A DNA stretch of 64,000 bases from Paraphysomonas bandaiensis (Eukaryota; Protista; Chrysophyceae). The notes below the pieces were generated by a model. That model was not told the origin of the DNA, did no database searches, and saw only the letters and a program-made list of their open reading frames with translations. Where the stretch lies: NCBI GenBank assembly GCA_965644295.1, contig CBFFRP010000284.1, positions 1 through 64,000 on the forward strand, written 5' to 3'. The position numbers were made by a program, and so were the translations under genes. The first letter of the stretch is position 1. Each line of letters begins with the position of its first letter. Shown one piece after another: positions 35,345 to 47,564 of the stretch.

Positions 35345-37623
35345 CTGGCCAGTATGCTTGACTTCAGTAGGTAGCCCAATACCACGGATACCGTTGAGGT
35401 GGGCCCATTCCCCGATGCATATTTATCTGTTATTTCGTCAAGGCTCAAAGACGTCTACTACATAGGTGACACTTATATTAGTGTTACTTGTACCACACTA
35501 ATATTTGGCTATGAGTGAGCAGAACAATATCTGCTGACTATATATGAGGCTCACGTTAGTTTACCGGAGAAATATCCCCCAGAACACCACGAAAAGAAGG
35601 TGCAAGCCCGACGTTGTTGAGGGACAACTTTTATCTCATTAATTGAGTAAATAATAGGGCTACAATAATTAAGGCAATTCTAACCAGCTCCTAGATACAT
35701 AGACCACAGCAACGTTCTCGGCCATTTATTTTAACCTTGCACACGTGGCAGACACATTGCAATTCAATTAATTGGGACAGCAAGTAATAATTGCAATTAT
35801 AATTGACTACAACTTGTGTCTATTAATTGGTACGCAGCCCTGCTGGGTACAGCAAAAGAAACTCAATACACAATACTAGCAGTGTAGATTAAGGGGTACT
35901 TAGTTATTAATTACATACTGTATGATTCCCGCTAGTTATATTGCGTGATACATTATTAATTAAAGTGGAATTAATATTATTAATATTAGGACGATATTGC
36001 AGGTATATGGCAAGAGGTTTTAGACGATGAACAAGAAATCGAGGTAGATGTATTCGTCAATAAATAGTTACATAATAATCAAAAATGATAATGATGGGAG
36101 TACGTGGTGCAATCGTTAGTTATAAGACCTAACGATGGCGAAAGCATATCTTTAATAATGTCTCACACACTTTCAGCTCCAACAATTTCAAGCACTTTCT
36201 CTTTATTTTCTTCTTGATGCAAAATACCATAATATTGATATAGATGATGTAATTATTACGAGGGCTATTTCTGGATTGTAGAAGGTGATATAAAAACGCA
36301 GGCCTTATTATTTAAAAGTCTATAAAAACCTATAAATTCAATAATCAGCATGTAATTATTATAAATGCTTGGTTGCACCATGGTGCTCGCAGCGATGCAC
36401 AAGCAGTCCCGAGACGGTTGCCCGCCACTAGTCGTATATAGCAAGTCCAGTTATTAGTTTGTCTATAGATGTAAAACTAGTTTCTGTACACAACGGTTCT
36501 CATGTAATAATCAGATATTCTCTCTTTTATAAATGCATATACGGTTGAATAAGAATTATCTAAGCCTCAAAAACATATAGACAGAGTATATAGATATGTC
36601 ATCGAGATATTGACCACACGTTCATTTTCCAGAGGTATGGACACCATTTCATATATCTGCCCATTCCCAGTGTGGCCATAGCGCAAGATTGATTACTAAA
36701 TATAACGCTAAGATTTCTACTCAATCATCTACTCGTTCGTCATCTTAGCTCATCATTGTCTATGATACAATGAGTGCTCTCATACTTCCCCAACCGTGCT
36801 TGCCTTGACAAAGAGTACATGGGATATTTCATAGCCATACATGACTTATATATGCAATGTTTGTTTGTTTCCCATCCTTTGATTATGATTACGCGGGGTT
36901 TCTAGTGACCATACATGACTGAGTATACATGACGGAGTATAGAGCCTCGTGTGGCATTGACTGAGTCCTCCTTCCTCTTGAGTGTGTAAGGATCATACAA
37001 GTATCTTGTAGATCTTACTAGAGCATGCTTGTCAATCACATATGAAGGAGTATGCTATCTAGCCTACACTATGCATTAACACGCTACCACATGTACTAGA
37101 TATCCAGTAGGACACTCTACAGCAGAGTTTTGCAGAAATCGAGAAATACCCACATAATATATAGAAAAGCCCAGTTTTTGTCAATGAAATGAGTATAAAA
37201 ATCAACCATAGGAATACATGAATGTATTCTTTATATCCAAATACACATCAACCATTCTCCCTATGAACAATCCCATCTTTAATGTGCAACTGACGACTGA
37301 CGATATCATCATCAACCTCAACTAACTGTATACCGTCCCCTACAGACATCCCTTCTATCATATACACTATACATTCATACTATACACAACTATTACGTTA
37401 GACAATACAAGGGCTGATGGACTGTATATCCCTCACTTCCCCTCATCATCAAAAATTCTAATATGATGAATGATGCGTATATATATGTATGTATGTAGAG
37501 AGTGTCAAAACCTACTCAAGTCAAGCTGTTTCGCTCCTATATATATATATATAACCTCATCATACTATCATAATGATACTTGTTTAAATATATATGTAGA
37601 TATAAACAAATTATGTTTTATTA

Positions 37624-40600
37624 ATGAACAATATTGATCATATTGGGAATAAATTTCCACCACGTCCATCAAGGGCAACTGGCGATATATCGCCTCGTCC
37701 AACACCTCAATTAGATATGGATCATATGGTCCTAGAAATGGATTTATCTTTACTTGATTATAAATCTGTTGATGATTTTATATTCATGCAATCTTCTAGA
37801 TGTGATACACAAACACTCTTAAGAAATTTAACCCTACAATTAAAGGCATCAAGATCATTATTATCACTATCAAACTTCTTAACGTATGGATCAAATACAC
37901 GAGATACATTAAATAAAATTGTGGAATCAGCTAGTGCAATTATTAATGCTGAAAGAGTGTTTTTACTTGAAGTTGATACCAATACAGGTGAACTTTTTGT
38001 ATTTAATACTCGGGATAATTGCTCAAACAATATGACCATTCGAGTCAGTAATGGAATTGAATGTAAGTTTACAATGTCGCATTCCGCATTACTCATTGCT
38101 TTTGCAGGTGATGTACTGTCAGAAAGACAGGGTTGTATTATTAATGACGCCAAGTCTGATATTAGATGTAATACTGCTTTTTATGAAAACTTGGGCGTGC
38201 ACGTGACCAGCCTGATTTGTGTTCCTGTTGTTCTTTGCGATAAGGTATTAGGTACTTTACTCGCGGTGAATAAGCTTTCACCGGACTCTCATTTCACACA
38301 ATTTGAATTATATTGTTTGAGTAATGTCGCATGTAATGTGGCTGTGGCATTGGGGCAACGTGAACCCTCCTCAAGTTCTGGGGAGTCATCGATCCCTTCC
38401 CCACCCCCATTGACTAGTCTCGAGTCTGAAATGGAGGCAGCTATTGGTGTTCTAGTTGATGAAGCCTATTGTGCGCTACAGGCGGATAAAATATCCCTTT
38501 TCGTCTATCGCGGTTGCTCTAACCTCGTTTGTACGGTTTCTCCTGACATCAAGGGAATGGAGCTTCCTGTTGATGCCGGGATTGTGGGTATCACTTTCCG
38601 TAGCCGGACAGCTATTAACACTGCCAATGCGCGGGAGGATGTGAGGCACTACGCGGCAGTCGACAAGACATCTAATTACGAAACTGGCTCTCTACTGTCG
38701 TTTCCTGTGGTTGGTAGAAATGGGAATGCTCTCGGTGTGTTGCAGGCAGTCAATAAAAAAGACAGCACGCAATTCACGGCAGAAGATGAGCTTTACATGT
38801 CTGGGCTGTGCGTGCGTGTTGGAGAGATGATGGAGCGTGTGTATGAGGCCCGGAACGAGAAATCGTGCCGCCGGGTTGTTCGCCTACTTGGAGACTTTGC
38901 GGCGTGTACCACAGCGCGGACTCATGATGGTAACTACCTCGCACAGCTCTTAGATGAATCCAAACTGTATGCCAAAAACATTTCCAACTGCGATGGAGTA
39001 TATTTTTATTCTATAGCTCAATCTAAAGCTCAGAGCACCACAGCTAATGACGGTAGCAGTGACACTGCGGAATTGGTTCTCCAGATGTTACACCCAGATG
39101 AGCCGAATTCACCGCAGTCTACTGCCACTCGGGTCTCGGACGACGACAGATTTCACCGCAAGAGTGTATCGGATATTCCTGCTGCTGTACTGGAGGCGTT
39201 ACGGGAGGGACGAGTAAAAGAAGTTCCACTTAGCAATGAAAGGGGGGACACCTTTCTTCCTGGATTAGATGCTGCTACCGCAGTTGTGGTACCACTAGGC
39301 CTGAGCTCCAGTATACCCCTGGCACCGCAATTCAAGCTCCCAATAGATGTGGCGATCGCAGTGCGCCGGAGTAGTAGCCATAGATCGGATGATACGTGTG
39401 ACGAGTCTATCGCGCGGGCAGAAGTGAAAGTACTGCCTTTCTCTAAATTGGAGGTACACGGCCTATCTAGTATGGGACGCATTCTTGCCAATGCGCTGCA
39501 TATGTATGCGAAATTCAAGGAGCAGGAGCATCTCCGTACTATTCTTCACAACAATGGGATGCTTATGCGAGCGACACTGAACCAGATGGGTACAGTCTTC
39601 TTTGTGGTATCCTCCGGTGGACAAGTTTTAATATACAGCCGGTCTTTGTTACGTCTATTCGGGTGCACTGAAGCGGATATGAAGCAGCCCTTGGATGTGG
39701 TTTTGTCCGATCGTAGCCCCGCGTTCATGGCGGACATGAAGGAATGTCTCCGTAGTAACTCCTCATTGGAGAGAAAAGGGGTCAAGATATTCACTACTGC
39801 ATTCCCCCAAGGTGTAATGGTTGATTATGAGATGGTCGAGGATACGTCCGATTATAGGTTTGGGAAGAAGCAAACAAGCTCCGTTCATGGACTCCCTATG
39901 CCTTCCTCCGGGGTACGACCACGATGCATTCGTGTGTGTGTGCGCGTTCTGGGGGAAACTGAAGTGTTCGCAGGCGAGGACAGTGGTGATGTGTGTTCTT
40001 CAATTAGTCGGCCTAACTCTTTTGTCTTGGCTGAGTCCAGTAGTAGTAGGGACCTAAGCCGTGTACCCTCCCGCAAACCTAGCGCCAAGTCTGGTGAGCT
40101 TATACGCTCCCCGCGATCTTTTAATGCATCTGATGCTGCGGAGCTGGAACTGCTATGTACGTATGAGTTTAATGTGCTCAAGATCAGAAGCCATGAAGTC
40201 CTACGCCATGCGGTGATAACTCTATTTGACAAGACAGTTAACGTCCCTGAGTTGAATATATCTCGGAACCAGTTATATGCTTACATTGCTGAAATCGACA
40301 AAAATTATCGCAACAACCCTTTTCATAATTTTTACCATGCAGTGTGTGTGACTCATTTCATATTTATGCTTATGAAAGAAACATCGGCAAAAAGCCATTT
40401 GAACAGCGAGTTGATGGAGTTCTGCATGTTACTGAGCGCAGTCGCTCATGACGTAGATCACCCAGGGAACACGAACCTATTTGAAATAAATAGTGGGTCT
40501 GAGTTGGCATTGCGCTACAATGACACTGGAGTATTGGAGAATCACCACTGCGCTACCGCGTTCCGTCTCATGCAATTACCAGGCCTGGATATATTCGGGC

Positions 40601-41073
40601 AACTTAGCTTTGCCCAAAAAGCTTTTGCCCGTAAAACGATTATTTCATGCATATTGGCCACCGACATGGCTTTGCATGTTGGCCTGGTGGAAGAGATGGC
40701 AGCCCGGACTGGTCGGGAGTGGATTATTGACACTCCAACAGAGAAATTGTTTTATGGTAAAATTCTTCTGCACTGTGCGGATCTATCAAACCCAGTGCGG
40801 CCGTTTTATCTTTCAAAGGAATGGGCAAGTCGAGTGTCAGAGGAGTTCAATAGCCAAGGCGAAATTGAGAAAGCTAACGGATTACCACTCTCAACATTTT
40901 TGCTTACTCCTGATACCAAAACTTTAGCTAAGAATGAAATATATTTCAGTGGGCAGGTCGTCGCCCCTATGTGGAGAAGTTTGGCAACCCTCTTCCCATC
41001 AGTTGACCATCTTGTTGTCCAGATCAATGGGAATGTAGAGTCATGGAAAGAATTGCTATATAGTTTAGAGTAG
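37624..41073 (+). CDS. GAF-domain class I cyclic-nucleotide phosphodiesterase
   Basis: Two GAF NK..F..D/E motifs, PAS-like region; catalytic HNFYH, HDVDHPG, LENHH, ATDM, HCADLSN. Confidence 0.93.
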   Translation: MNNIDHIGNKFPPRPSRATGDISPRPTPQLDMDHMVLEMDLSLLDYKSVDDFIFMQSSRCDTQTLLRNLTLQLKASRSLLSLSNFLTYGSNTRDTLNKIVESASAIINAERVFLLEVDTNTGELFVFNTRDNCSNNMTIRVSNGIECKFTMSHSALLIAFAGDVLSERQGCIINDAKSDIRCNTAFYENLGVHVTSLICVPVVLCDKVLGTLLAVNKLSPDSHFTQFELYCLSNVACNVAVALGQREPSSSSGESSIPSPPPLTSLESEMEAAIGVLVDEAYCALQADKISLFVYRGCSNLVCTVSPDIKGMELPVDAGIVGITFRSRTAINTANAREDVRHYAAVDKTSNYETGSLLSFPVVGRNGNALGVLQAVNKKDSTQFTAEDELYMSGLCVRVGEMMERVYEARNEKSCRRVVRLLGDFAACTTARTHDGNYLAQLLDESKLYAKNISNCDGVYFYSIAQSKAQSTTANDGSSDTAELVLQMLHPDEPNSPQSTATRVSDDDRFHRKSVSDIPAAVLEALREGRVKEVPLSNERGDTFLPGLDAATAVVVPLGLSSSIPLAPQFKLPIDVAIAVRRSSSHRSDDTCDESIARAEVKVLPFSKLEVHGLSSMGRILANALHMYAKFKEQEHLRTILHNNGMLMRATLNQMGTVFFVVSSGGQVLIYSRSLLRLFGCTEADMKQPLDVVLSDRSPAFMADMKECLRSNSSLERKGVKIFTTAFPQGVMVDYEMVEDTSDYRFGKKQTSSVHGLPMPSSGVRPRCIRVCVRVLGETEVFAGEDSGDVCSSISRPNSFVLAESSSSRDLSRVPSRKPSAKSGELIRSPRSFNASDAAELELLCTYEFNVLKIRSHEVLRHAVITLFDKTVNVPELNISRNQLYAYIAEIDKNYRNNPFHNFYHAVCVTHFIFMLMKETSAKSHLNSELMEFCMLLSAVAHDVDHPGNTNLFEINSGSELALRYNDTGVLENHHCATAFRLMQLPGLDIFGQLSFAQKAFARKTIISCILATDMALHVGLVEEMAARTGREWIIDTPTEKLFYGKILLHCADLSNPVRPFYLSKEWASRVSEEFNSQGEIEKANGLPLSTFLLTPDTKTLAKNEIYFSGQVVAPMWRSLATLFPSVDHLVVQINGNVESWKELLYSLE

Positions 41074-42074
41074 CCCATTTACTCAATTAATTTTTCGGCT
41101 TAGTGGATTTTGTTTGCGAATGATCAAGTTATCACTGCGGAATTGTATGCAATGATTGTAATTGCGAGATTATTTTTCTGCTTAGCAGGTGGTAGATACT
41201 AGATGCTGATCGTATATCCTTATCCAGAATTACACTTATAGTAAGTAGCTAGCTGGTGTGGTGTCGTTGCCATCTTTATTTGCTATGTTCAGCTTTTCGC
41301 GAAATAAAGTTGAAATAGGTTACTTAATATATAATGTTATCATAATCAATGTTTTGAATAATTCACGCTTGTCTTTTTCCATGACTCTGCCAATCATAGT
41401 GAAGTATACTATGATTCATACTTGTATTTAATGATAAATAGAAATTATATCTCGAAGTAATAACAAAGCACCCGATTGTCATCTGGGTGACAATGCTGCT
41501 ACTGTTCATAACGATGCTTTCGAAAAGGTAGTCGTTAAATTTCAAAGTGGCAGCGAAGTCTCACTTACGTGGACGGAAAGGGATTAAATTAAAATGCTTG
41601 CGCTCAATGAGTATAAAGAAGAATTTGATGACAGTGAAAGTCTAGCTCACAATGACAACACAGCGCAACGTTTGATTGATGGAAACAGCACAGGCAGAAA
41701 AAACGAGCACGTGTTACAAAGAAAACTCGATATCGTAGCATGAAGCAGGTACACACCACAACCAATAAGATTGAAAGATTATTCAGTAGAGCTATAATTA
41801 CTATTGTTATGACTGATATGCGCAGGAGTACGACTTGTTGGCATGAATCGCCACCCCTGGAGTGAAATTCCAGCAGTTGAGCAACTTGTCAATCTATGTT
41901 GACAGCTAATGTACAGCCACTTGAAAACGTAGTTTAATACCAATTTATTGCAATTCAATAACACTTAAATTTATACTATACTAAAGTACGGTTGTCCATC
42001 TCTGCTCTACATGACCACAATTGTTGTGAAAAGCAAGAGTTGTTATCACATCTCGCATTGATCACACACCTGAA

Positions 42075-42244
42075 GTATCTGAAGTTAGTATATGTCCGGT
42101 ACATCAACATTCTACTTGCTCACTGCGTTTGCGTTGTGTGCAAGAGCAAACGTGGTTGCACTTTGGTGCTTACGTTGACGCACAAGCAGCTTTCGTAGCG
42201 CTGAATAGTAGGATATCAGAGAGTTAAGCACTAGTTAGTTAAAT
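42075..42244 (+). repeat. Dispersed repeat, copy B
   Basis: Diverged match to the reverse complement of 35040-35185. Confidence 0.75.
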
Positions 42245-42699
42245 TGCAATGATGCTGCAGCAGATCTGACTCCTACGTGGCTATTGCAAATAATAAGTGA
42301 TTCACTACATAGAGCTAAAAACATGAATTACTATATCCAGGAATTCATCTGGATATATACAGGGAGCTTGCTTTTGATATGAGCCTCTCACACACGTAAA
42401 TGATATGTACCAGAACAACACTGTGCGACAAGGGTTCATGTGATACATTCTGTAATAGCTTTATACTATAAATTGGTGACAAAGATCGAAAAAAAAACTG
42501 ACACCATGATATGTGACATTAGTATAAATAAACTAAATGGAACAGAACTGATCATATCTTTAAGCAACCCAAACTACAAACTGACAAAAGTTTTTTAACA
42601 CCACTCTTAATCAGTTCGTCGTATCACGCGAAAGCTAAGTATGTCAGCATCTTACATGCACATATTAAACGGTAGATGTAACAAAAGGAACAACAAAAA

Positions 42700-44035
42700 T
42701 TAGAAATGAGGGTAAGTAAGTCGATTCCAGTCACAACACCAGTGACAGTACTACGGGTGATCTCCTGGCCATTGTGAAAGCATTTCCGCTCCGCAATCTC
42801 TTGTGAATAGCAATCTCAGTATAAGAAAACGATGTCAAGGAATGCAAACGAAATACCCGGTAGCACTGCCTGTCAAAAACAGCTGCTAGTTCGCTGAGAA
42901 CAGTGTCGTTCTGAACCTTGTACATCGCCTTCTTACATGGGTCGTGAGGGTATATGCGGTTCTGCGTAATCATTGTGGTGAAGTTGCCTTCAGTGACCAC
43001 TCCCATGACAGTGCAGTCCTCTGGAGATTGTACAGGCATCATGTCGAAAGCACGAAACTGTAACAACGCGATCACATCCTTACACGAAGTATCCGGGGAG
43101 ACAGTGATTGGAGAGTTCAGTTTCAGCTCACTTCCGCGGCGAGATGCCCACCAGGCCCCCATGTGCACCTCCGTATAGGAGCCCTCGTCGACGACAACCA
43201 TCCATGAGTCGTTCAGGAACTTGGTCATGTAGTTGCGTACGGATCAGGGAGTATGACCACACAGCGCTGACCCTCACTCAGTTCCTTGGCGGCCTGGAGA
43301 GCCGCGGCCATAGCCGTCCCACTGCTGCCGCGGCAAAGTAGGCCTTCTTCGCGTACAAGGCAGCGAGGCATAACAAAGCTGGGCCGGTCCTCGCTTTTCA
43401 TCCAGTGGGCCACTACTGTGCGATCTAGCACCCTAGGGATGAAGTCATATCATATGCCTCCCACTTGATACATTGAGTGTTCGTCAGCGTTTAGCTCAGG
43501 CGGCTGAGCAAGGATACTACCATAAGGGTCAACTCCCACTACGTTTATTCGGGTTGAGTTCCTTGAGACGACGAGCTATACCAGTAATGGTACCTCCTGT
43601 ACCTGCCCCAACAACCAGCATATCCGCCTTTACCTCACATTACTCCCGGATCTCCTTGTAGTGTGCCATGGGATTGTTGGGGTTAAGATACGGATCTACA
43701 ATGTGGCTATTTGGGACACCGATATGACTATATGGACCGCTAAAGGCTGCTTCATTAGAAGTACCTATAGTTTCCGCTCCTAGAGCCTTCAATACATTGA
43801 CCATCTCCTTGAATATTATTTCAGGCATGGTTATAATCATTCAGTATCCCATAACAGCTGCAGTTCATGCAAGATCAATCCCAGTATTACCACTCGTGGA
43901 CTCAATCAAGTCTTCATATGCCCCATCCGTTCTGTATCTTCCACTATTCTCTTTCCAATCCAATCTTTGACTGTTCCATTAGTATGAAAGAACTGACATT
44001 TAGCTAATAACTCAAACTTGAGACCCTCGTATTGA
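42700..44035 (-). pseudogene. CBS: Cystathionine beta-synthase pseudogene
   Basis: [46 protein letters not shown] and a CBS domain, broken by multiple stops and frameshifts. Confidence 0.88.
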
Positions 44036-44324
44036 TCCGGTAGGTAGATCCATAACGTGACATACTGTGAGATCATATGATTAATGTGTGAGGTATGATA
44101 GTGTGTGTATGGGGTTATGAGGAATATGAGAGTGTAGATTGAGATAGTTTGTATTGATATGCCATCTGTATGATGACCAGCAGTGTGATGGATAGATGGA
44201 TGACTAGATGAATGAGAGGAGAAGATCACCATATCCTGTGCACATATCCATACCTACCTACAGCAGCAGAGTACCTGCCTACCTACACGTATATATATAT
44301 ACATAAGTACGTACGTACCTATCT

Positions 44325-45245
44325 ACCTACCTACATACATACATACATGCATACATACGTACATACATACATACATACATACATACATACATACATACAT
44401 ACATACATACATACATACATACATACATACATACATACATACATACATGCATACATACATACATACATACATACATACATACATACATACATACATACAT
44501 ACATACATACATACATACATACATACATACATACATACATACATACATACATACATACATACATACATACATACATACATACATACATACATACATACAT
44601 ACATACATACATACATACGTACATACATACATACATACATACATGCATACATACATACATACATACATACATACATACATACATACATACATACATACAT
44701 ACATACATACATACATACATACATACATACATACATACATACATACATACATACATACATACATACATACATACATACATACATACATACATACATACAT
44801 ACATACATACACATGCATACATACATACATACATACGTACATACATACATACATACATACATACATACATACATACATACATACATACATACATACATAC
44901 ATACATACATGCATACATACATACATACATACATACATACATACATACATACATACATACATACATACATACATACATACATACATACATACATACATAC
45001 ATACATACATACATACATACATACATACATACATACATACATACATACATACATACATACATACATACATACATACATACATACATACATACATACATAC
45101 ATACATACATACATACATACATACATACATACATACATACATACATACATACATACATACATACATACATACATACATACATACATGCATACATACATAC
45201 ATACATACATACATACATACATACATACATACATACATACATACA

Positions 45246-45279
<34 letters not shown>

Positions 45280-45673
45280 CATACATACATACATACATAC
45301 ATACATACATACATACATACATACATACATACATACATACATACATACATACATACATACATACATACATACATACATACATACATACATACATACATAC
45401 ATACATACATACATACATACATACATACATACATACATACATACATACATACATACATACATACATACATACATACATACATACATACATACATACATAC
45501 ATACATACATACATACATACATACATACATACATACATACATACATACATACATACATACATACATACATACATACATACATACATACATACATACATAC
45601 ATACATACATACATACATACATACATACATACATACATACATACATACATACATACATACATACATACATACA

Positions 45674-45705
<32 letters not shown>

Positions 45706-45890
45706 ATACATACATACATACATACATACATACATACATACATACATACATACATACATACATACATACATACATACATACATACATACATACATACATA
45801 CATACATACATACATACATACATACATACATACATACATACATACATACATACATACATACATACATACATACATACATACATACATACA

Positions 45891-45922
<32 letters not shown>

Positions 45923-45968
45923 ATACATACATACATACATACATACATACATACATACATACATACAT
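44325..45968. repeat. About 1.6-kb (ATAC)n microsatellite
   Basis: Direct reading; sparse interruptions (ATGC, GTAC, ATAAT). Confidence 0.99.
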
Positions 45969-45990
45969 GTCCACAAATCTCCTTGTTTGA

Positions 45991-47415
45991 ATGCATGCAC
46001 AGTATGCATCTGTTATGTCTTTGACTAAGGCACGCATTCCAGGGATGTCACTTATTCAATCCTCATTATCATCTACACGGTATCCTTATATCCACAATCC
46101 TGTGTCAGGTGGACATGGAGGGAGCGTGCTGTATACCGTGGACACTCCATCACTGATCTTATCATTGCCTGCAGTCAAGAGAAACCTCACTAACTTACGT
46201 AATCAATTATCAAATTATCCTCATATTCATCTTCGTCCACATGTTAAAACACATAAATGTTTGGAGATATGTGAACTACAGCTACGAAAGCATTCGATCT
46301 CACATGATTCATTCAGTGGTGGAGGTGCAGTGGGTCTGTGCTTTCAGATACTTGATGAGCTTCAGCCTGTAGTAGATGATATTAGTAGTGATAACTCCAT
46401 ATTCACACTATCTAATCATGGAAATCCGGCTTTACCTAACAGCATGATAGATCTATTAGTTACTAATCAGATTGTTGGGCCCATGAAGTTGAATCGTTTA
46501 CAATCTATGGCATCTTCCGTTAAGTCGAGCGCACTTATATCTGTCCTTGTAGATGATTTGACGAATTTACGCCATATATCAGATCTAGCATCTAAAACTA
46601 ATACAACCTTTGGTGTATTTGTCGAAGTAAATGCGGGTCAGCAGCGATGTGGTGTGGCAGCTGATGACGGAGAACTGATTGTTGCCCTGGCTGAGACCAT
46701 CCGCCAGAACCCTATGCTGATGTTCAGGGGTATTCACTGCTATCAGGGTATGCTTCAACATGTTCGTTCTCGTGAGGAGCGTTTGTCTTTGGTTCTGTCC
46801 CAACCTGTACATGCAGCTTCTTTGGCTTGCAGCCACTTGCGTACCGCTGGAATACCTGTCGACATCATTACAGGCGGGGGGACGGGAACTTACATGTACG
46901 AGGTTCAGGGCGGTATCCACAACGAAGTACAGCCTGGATCTTACGTACTAATGGACGGTGACTATGATGATAATGAGCAAAGTGAAGATGATCTCAAGTT
47001 TGAGAATGCGTTGTGGATACATAGCACTGTTGTGTCCACTGCTGTCCAATCCACCCGAGAGAAACAAGTTGTAGTGGATGTAGGCACGAAGGGTGTTGAC
47101 CTTACAAGTGGAGCGCCGCACATGACCCTTCAGTCTGTGAAACATGGATTTAATGGGTCACGCCTGCCTAGTGTGACATATACTTGTGGGGGCGATGAAC
47201 ATGGTGTATTGACTGCCGTTAATGCTGAGGCGAGTGAAATCCTCGGAAAGCTACAAGTCGGGGATACTGTTCGACTAATTCCAAGACATATAGATCCAAC
47301 CGTTAACATGTATCAGTGGTTTGTAGTGGTAGATGATGAAGTTAGCTTTGGAAGTGAATCTGGACCTGTTGTATCTTCCATTTGGGGAATTCATGGGCGA
47401 TCTCCTGGTTATTGA
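45991..47415 (+). CDS. D-threonine aldolase / DSD1-family fold-type III PLP enzyme
   Basis: LRPHVKTHK (PLP Lys), HCYQG, GGGTGT, EVQPGSYVLMD, DEHG, PRHIDPTVN (HxD metal site). Start codon uncertain. Confidence 0.9.
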   Translation: MHAQYASVMSLTKARIPGMSLIQSSLSSTRYPYIHNPVSGGHGGSVLYTVDTPSLILSLPAVKRNLTNLRNQLSNYPHIHLRPHVKTHKCLEICELQLRKHSISHDSFSGGGAVGLCFQILDELQPVVDDISSDNSIFTLSNHGNPALPNSMIDLLVTNQIVGPMKLNRLQSMASSVKSSALISVLVDDLTNLRHISDLASKTNTTFGVFVEVNAGQQRCGVAADDGELIVALAETIRQNPMLMFRGIHCYQGMLQHVRSREERLSLVLSQPVHAASLACSHLRTAGIPVDIITGGGTGTYMYEVQGGIHNEVQPGSYVLMDGDYDDNEQSEDDLKFENALWIHSTVVSTAVQSTREKQVVVDVGTKGVDLTSGAPHMTLQSVKHGFNGSRLPSVTYTCGGDEHGVLTAVNAEASEILGKLQVGDTVRLIPRHIDPTVNMYQWFVVVDDEVSFGSESGPVVSSIWGIHGRSPGY

Positions 47416-47431
47416 GATGCATTATTGAAAT

Positions 47432-47564
47432 AGTTATATTTTACCACGGGCAATAAGGAGGCTATATCGTCCCGCGCTCAAAATTTTGAAACGAGGGCGA
47501 AAAGCCCGAGTTTTAAATTTTAGACAAGGGACAATACTCCTTATCCCAAGGTTAAATTGTAGCT
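47432..47564. mobile_element. Imperfect palindromic element centred on GAGGGC-GAAAA-GCCCGAG
   Basis: Arms pair (ATAAGGAG/CTCCTTAT, GTCCC/GGGAC, AAAATTT/AAATTTT); absent after the duplicate gene copy at 55007. Confidence 0.6.

Noticed and set aside
35655-35842. Second hAT-like MITE (TAGGGCT...AGCCCTG); similar CCCTG end at about 27268
   Set aside because: TIRs degenerate and no TSD, so boundaries cannot be supported.
36395-36433. Hairpin plus CTAG resembling a Helitron 3' end (similar at about 19380-19410 and 48340-48372)
   Set aside because: Weak stems, no Rep/helicase remnant and no 5' TC end identified.
44212-46037. Long ORFs of YIHT/MYVC repeats on both strands
   Set aside because: Translation artefacts of the (ATAC)n microsatellite.
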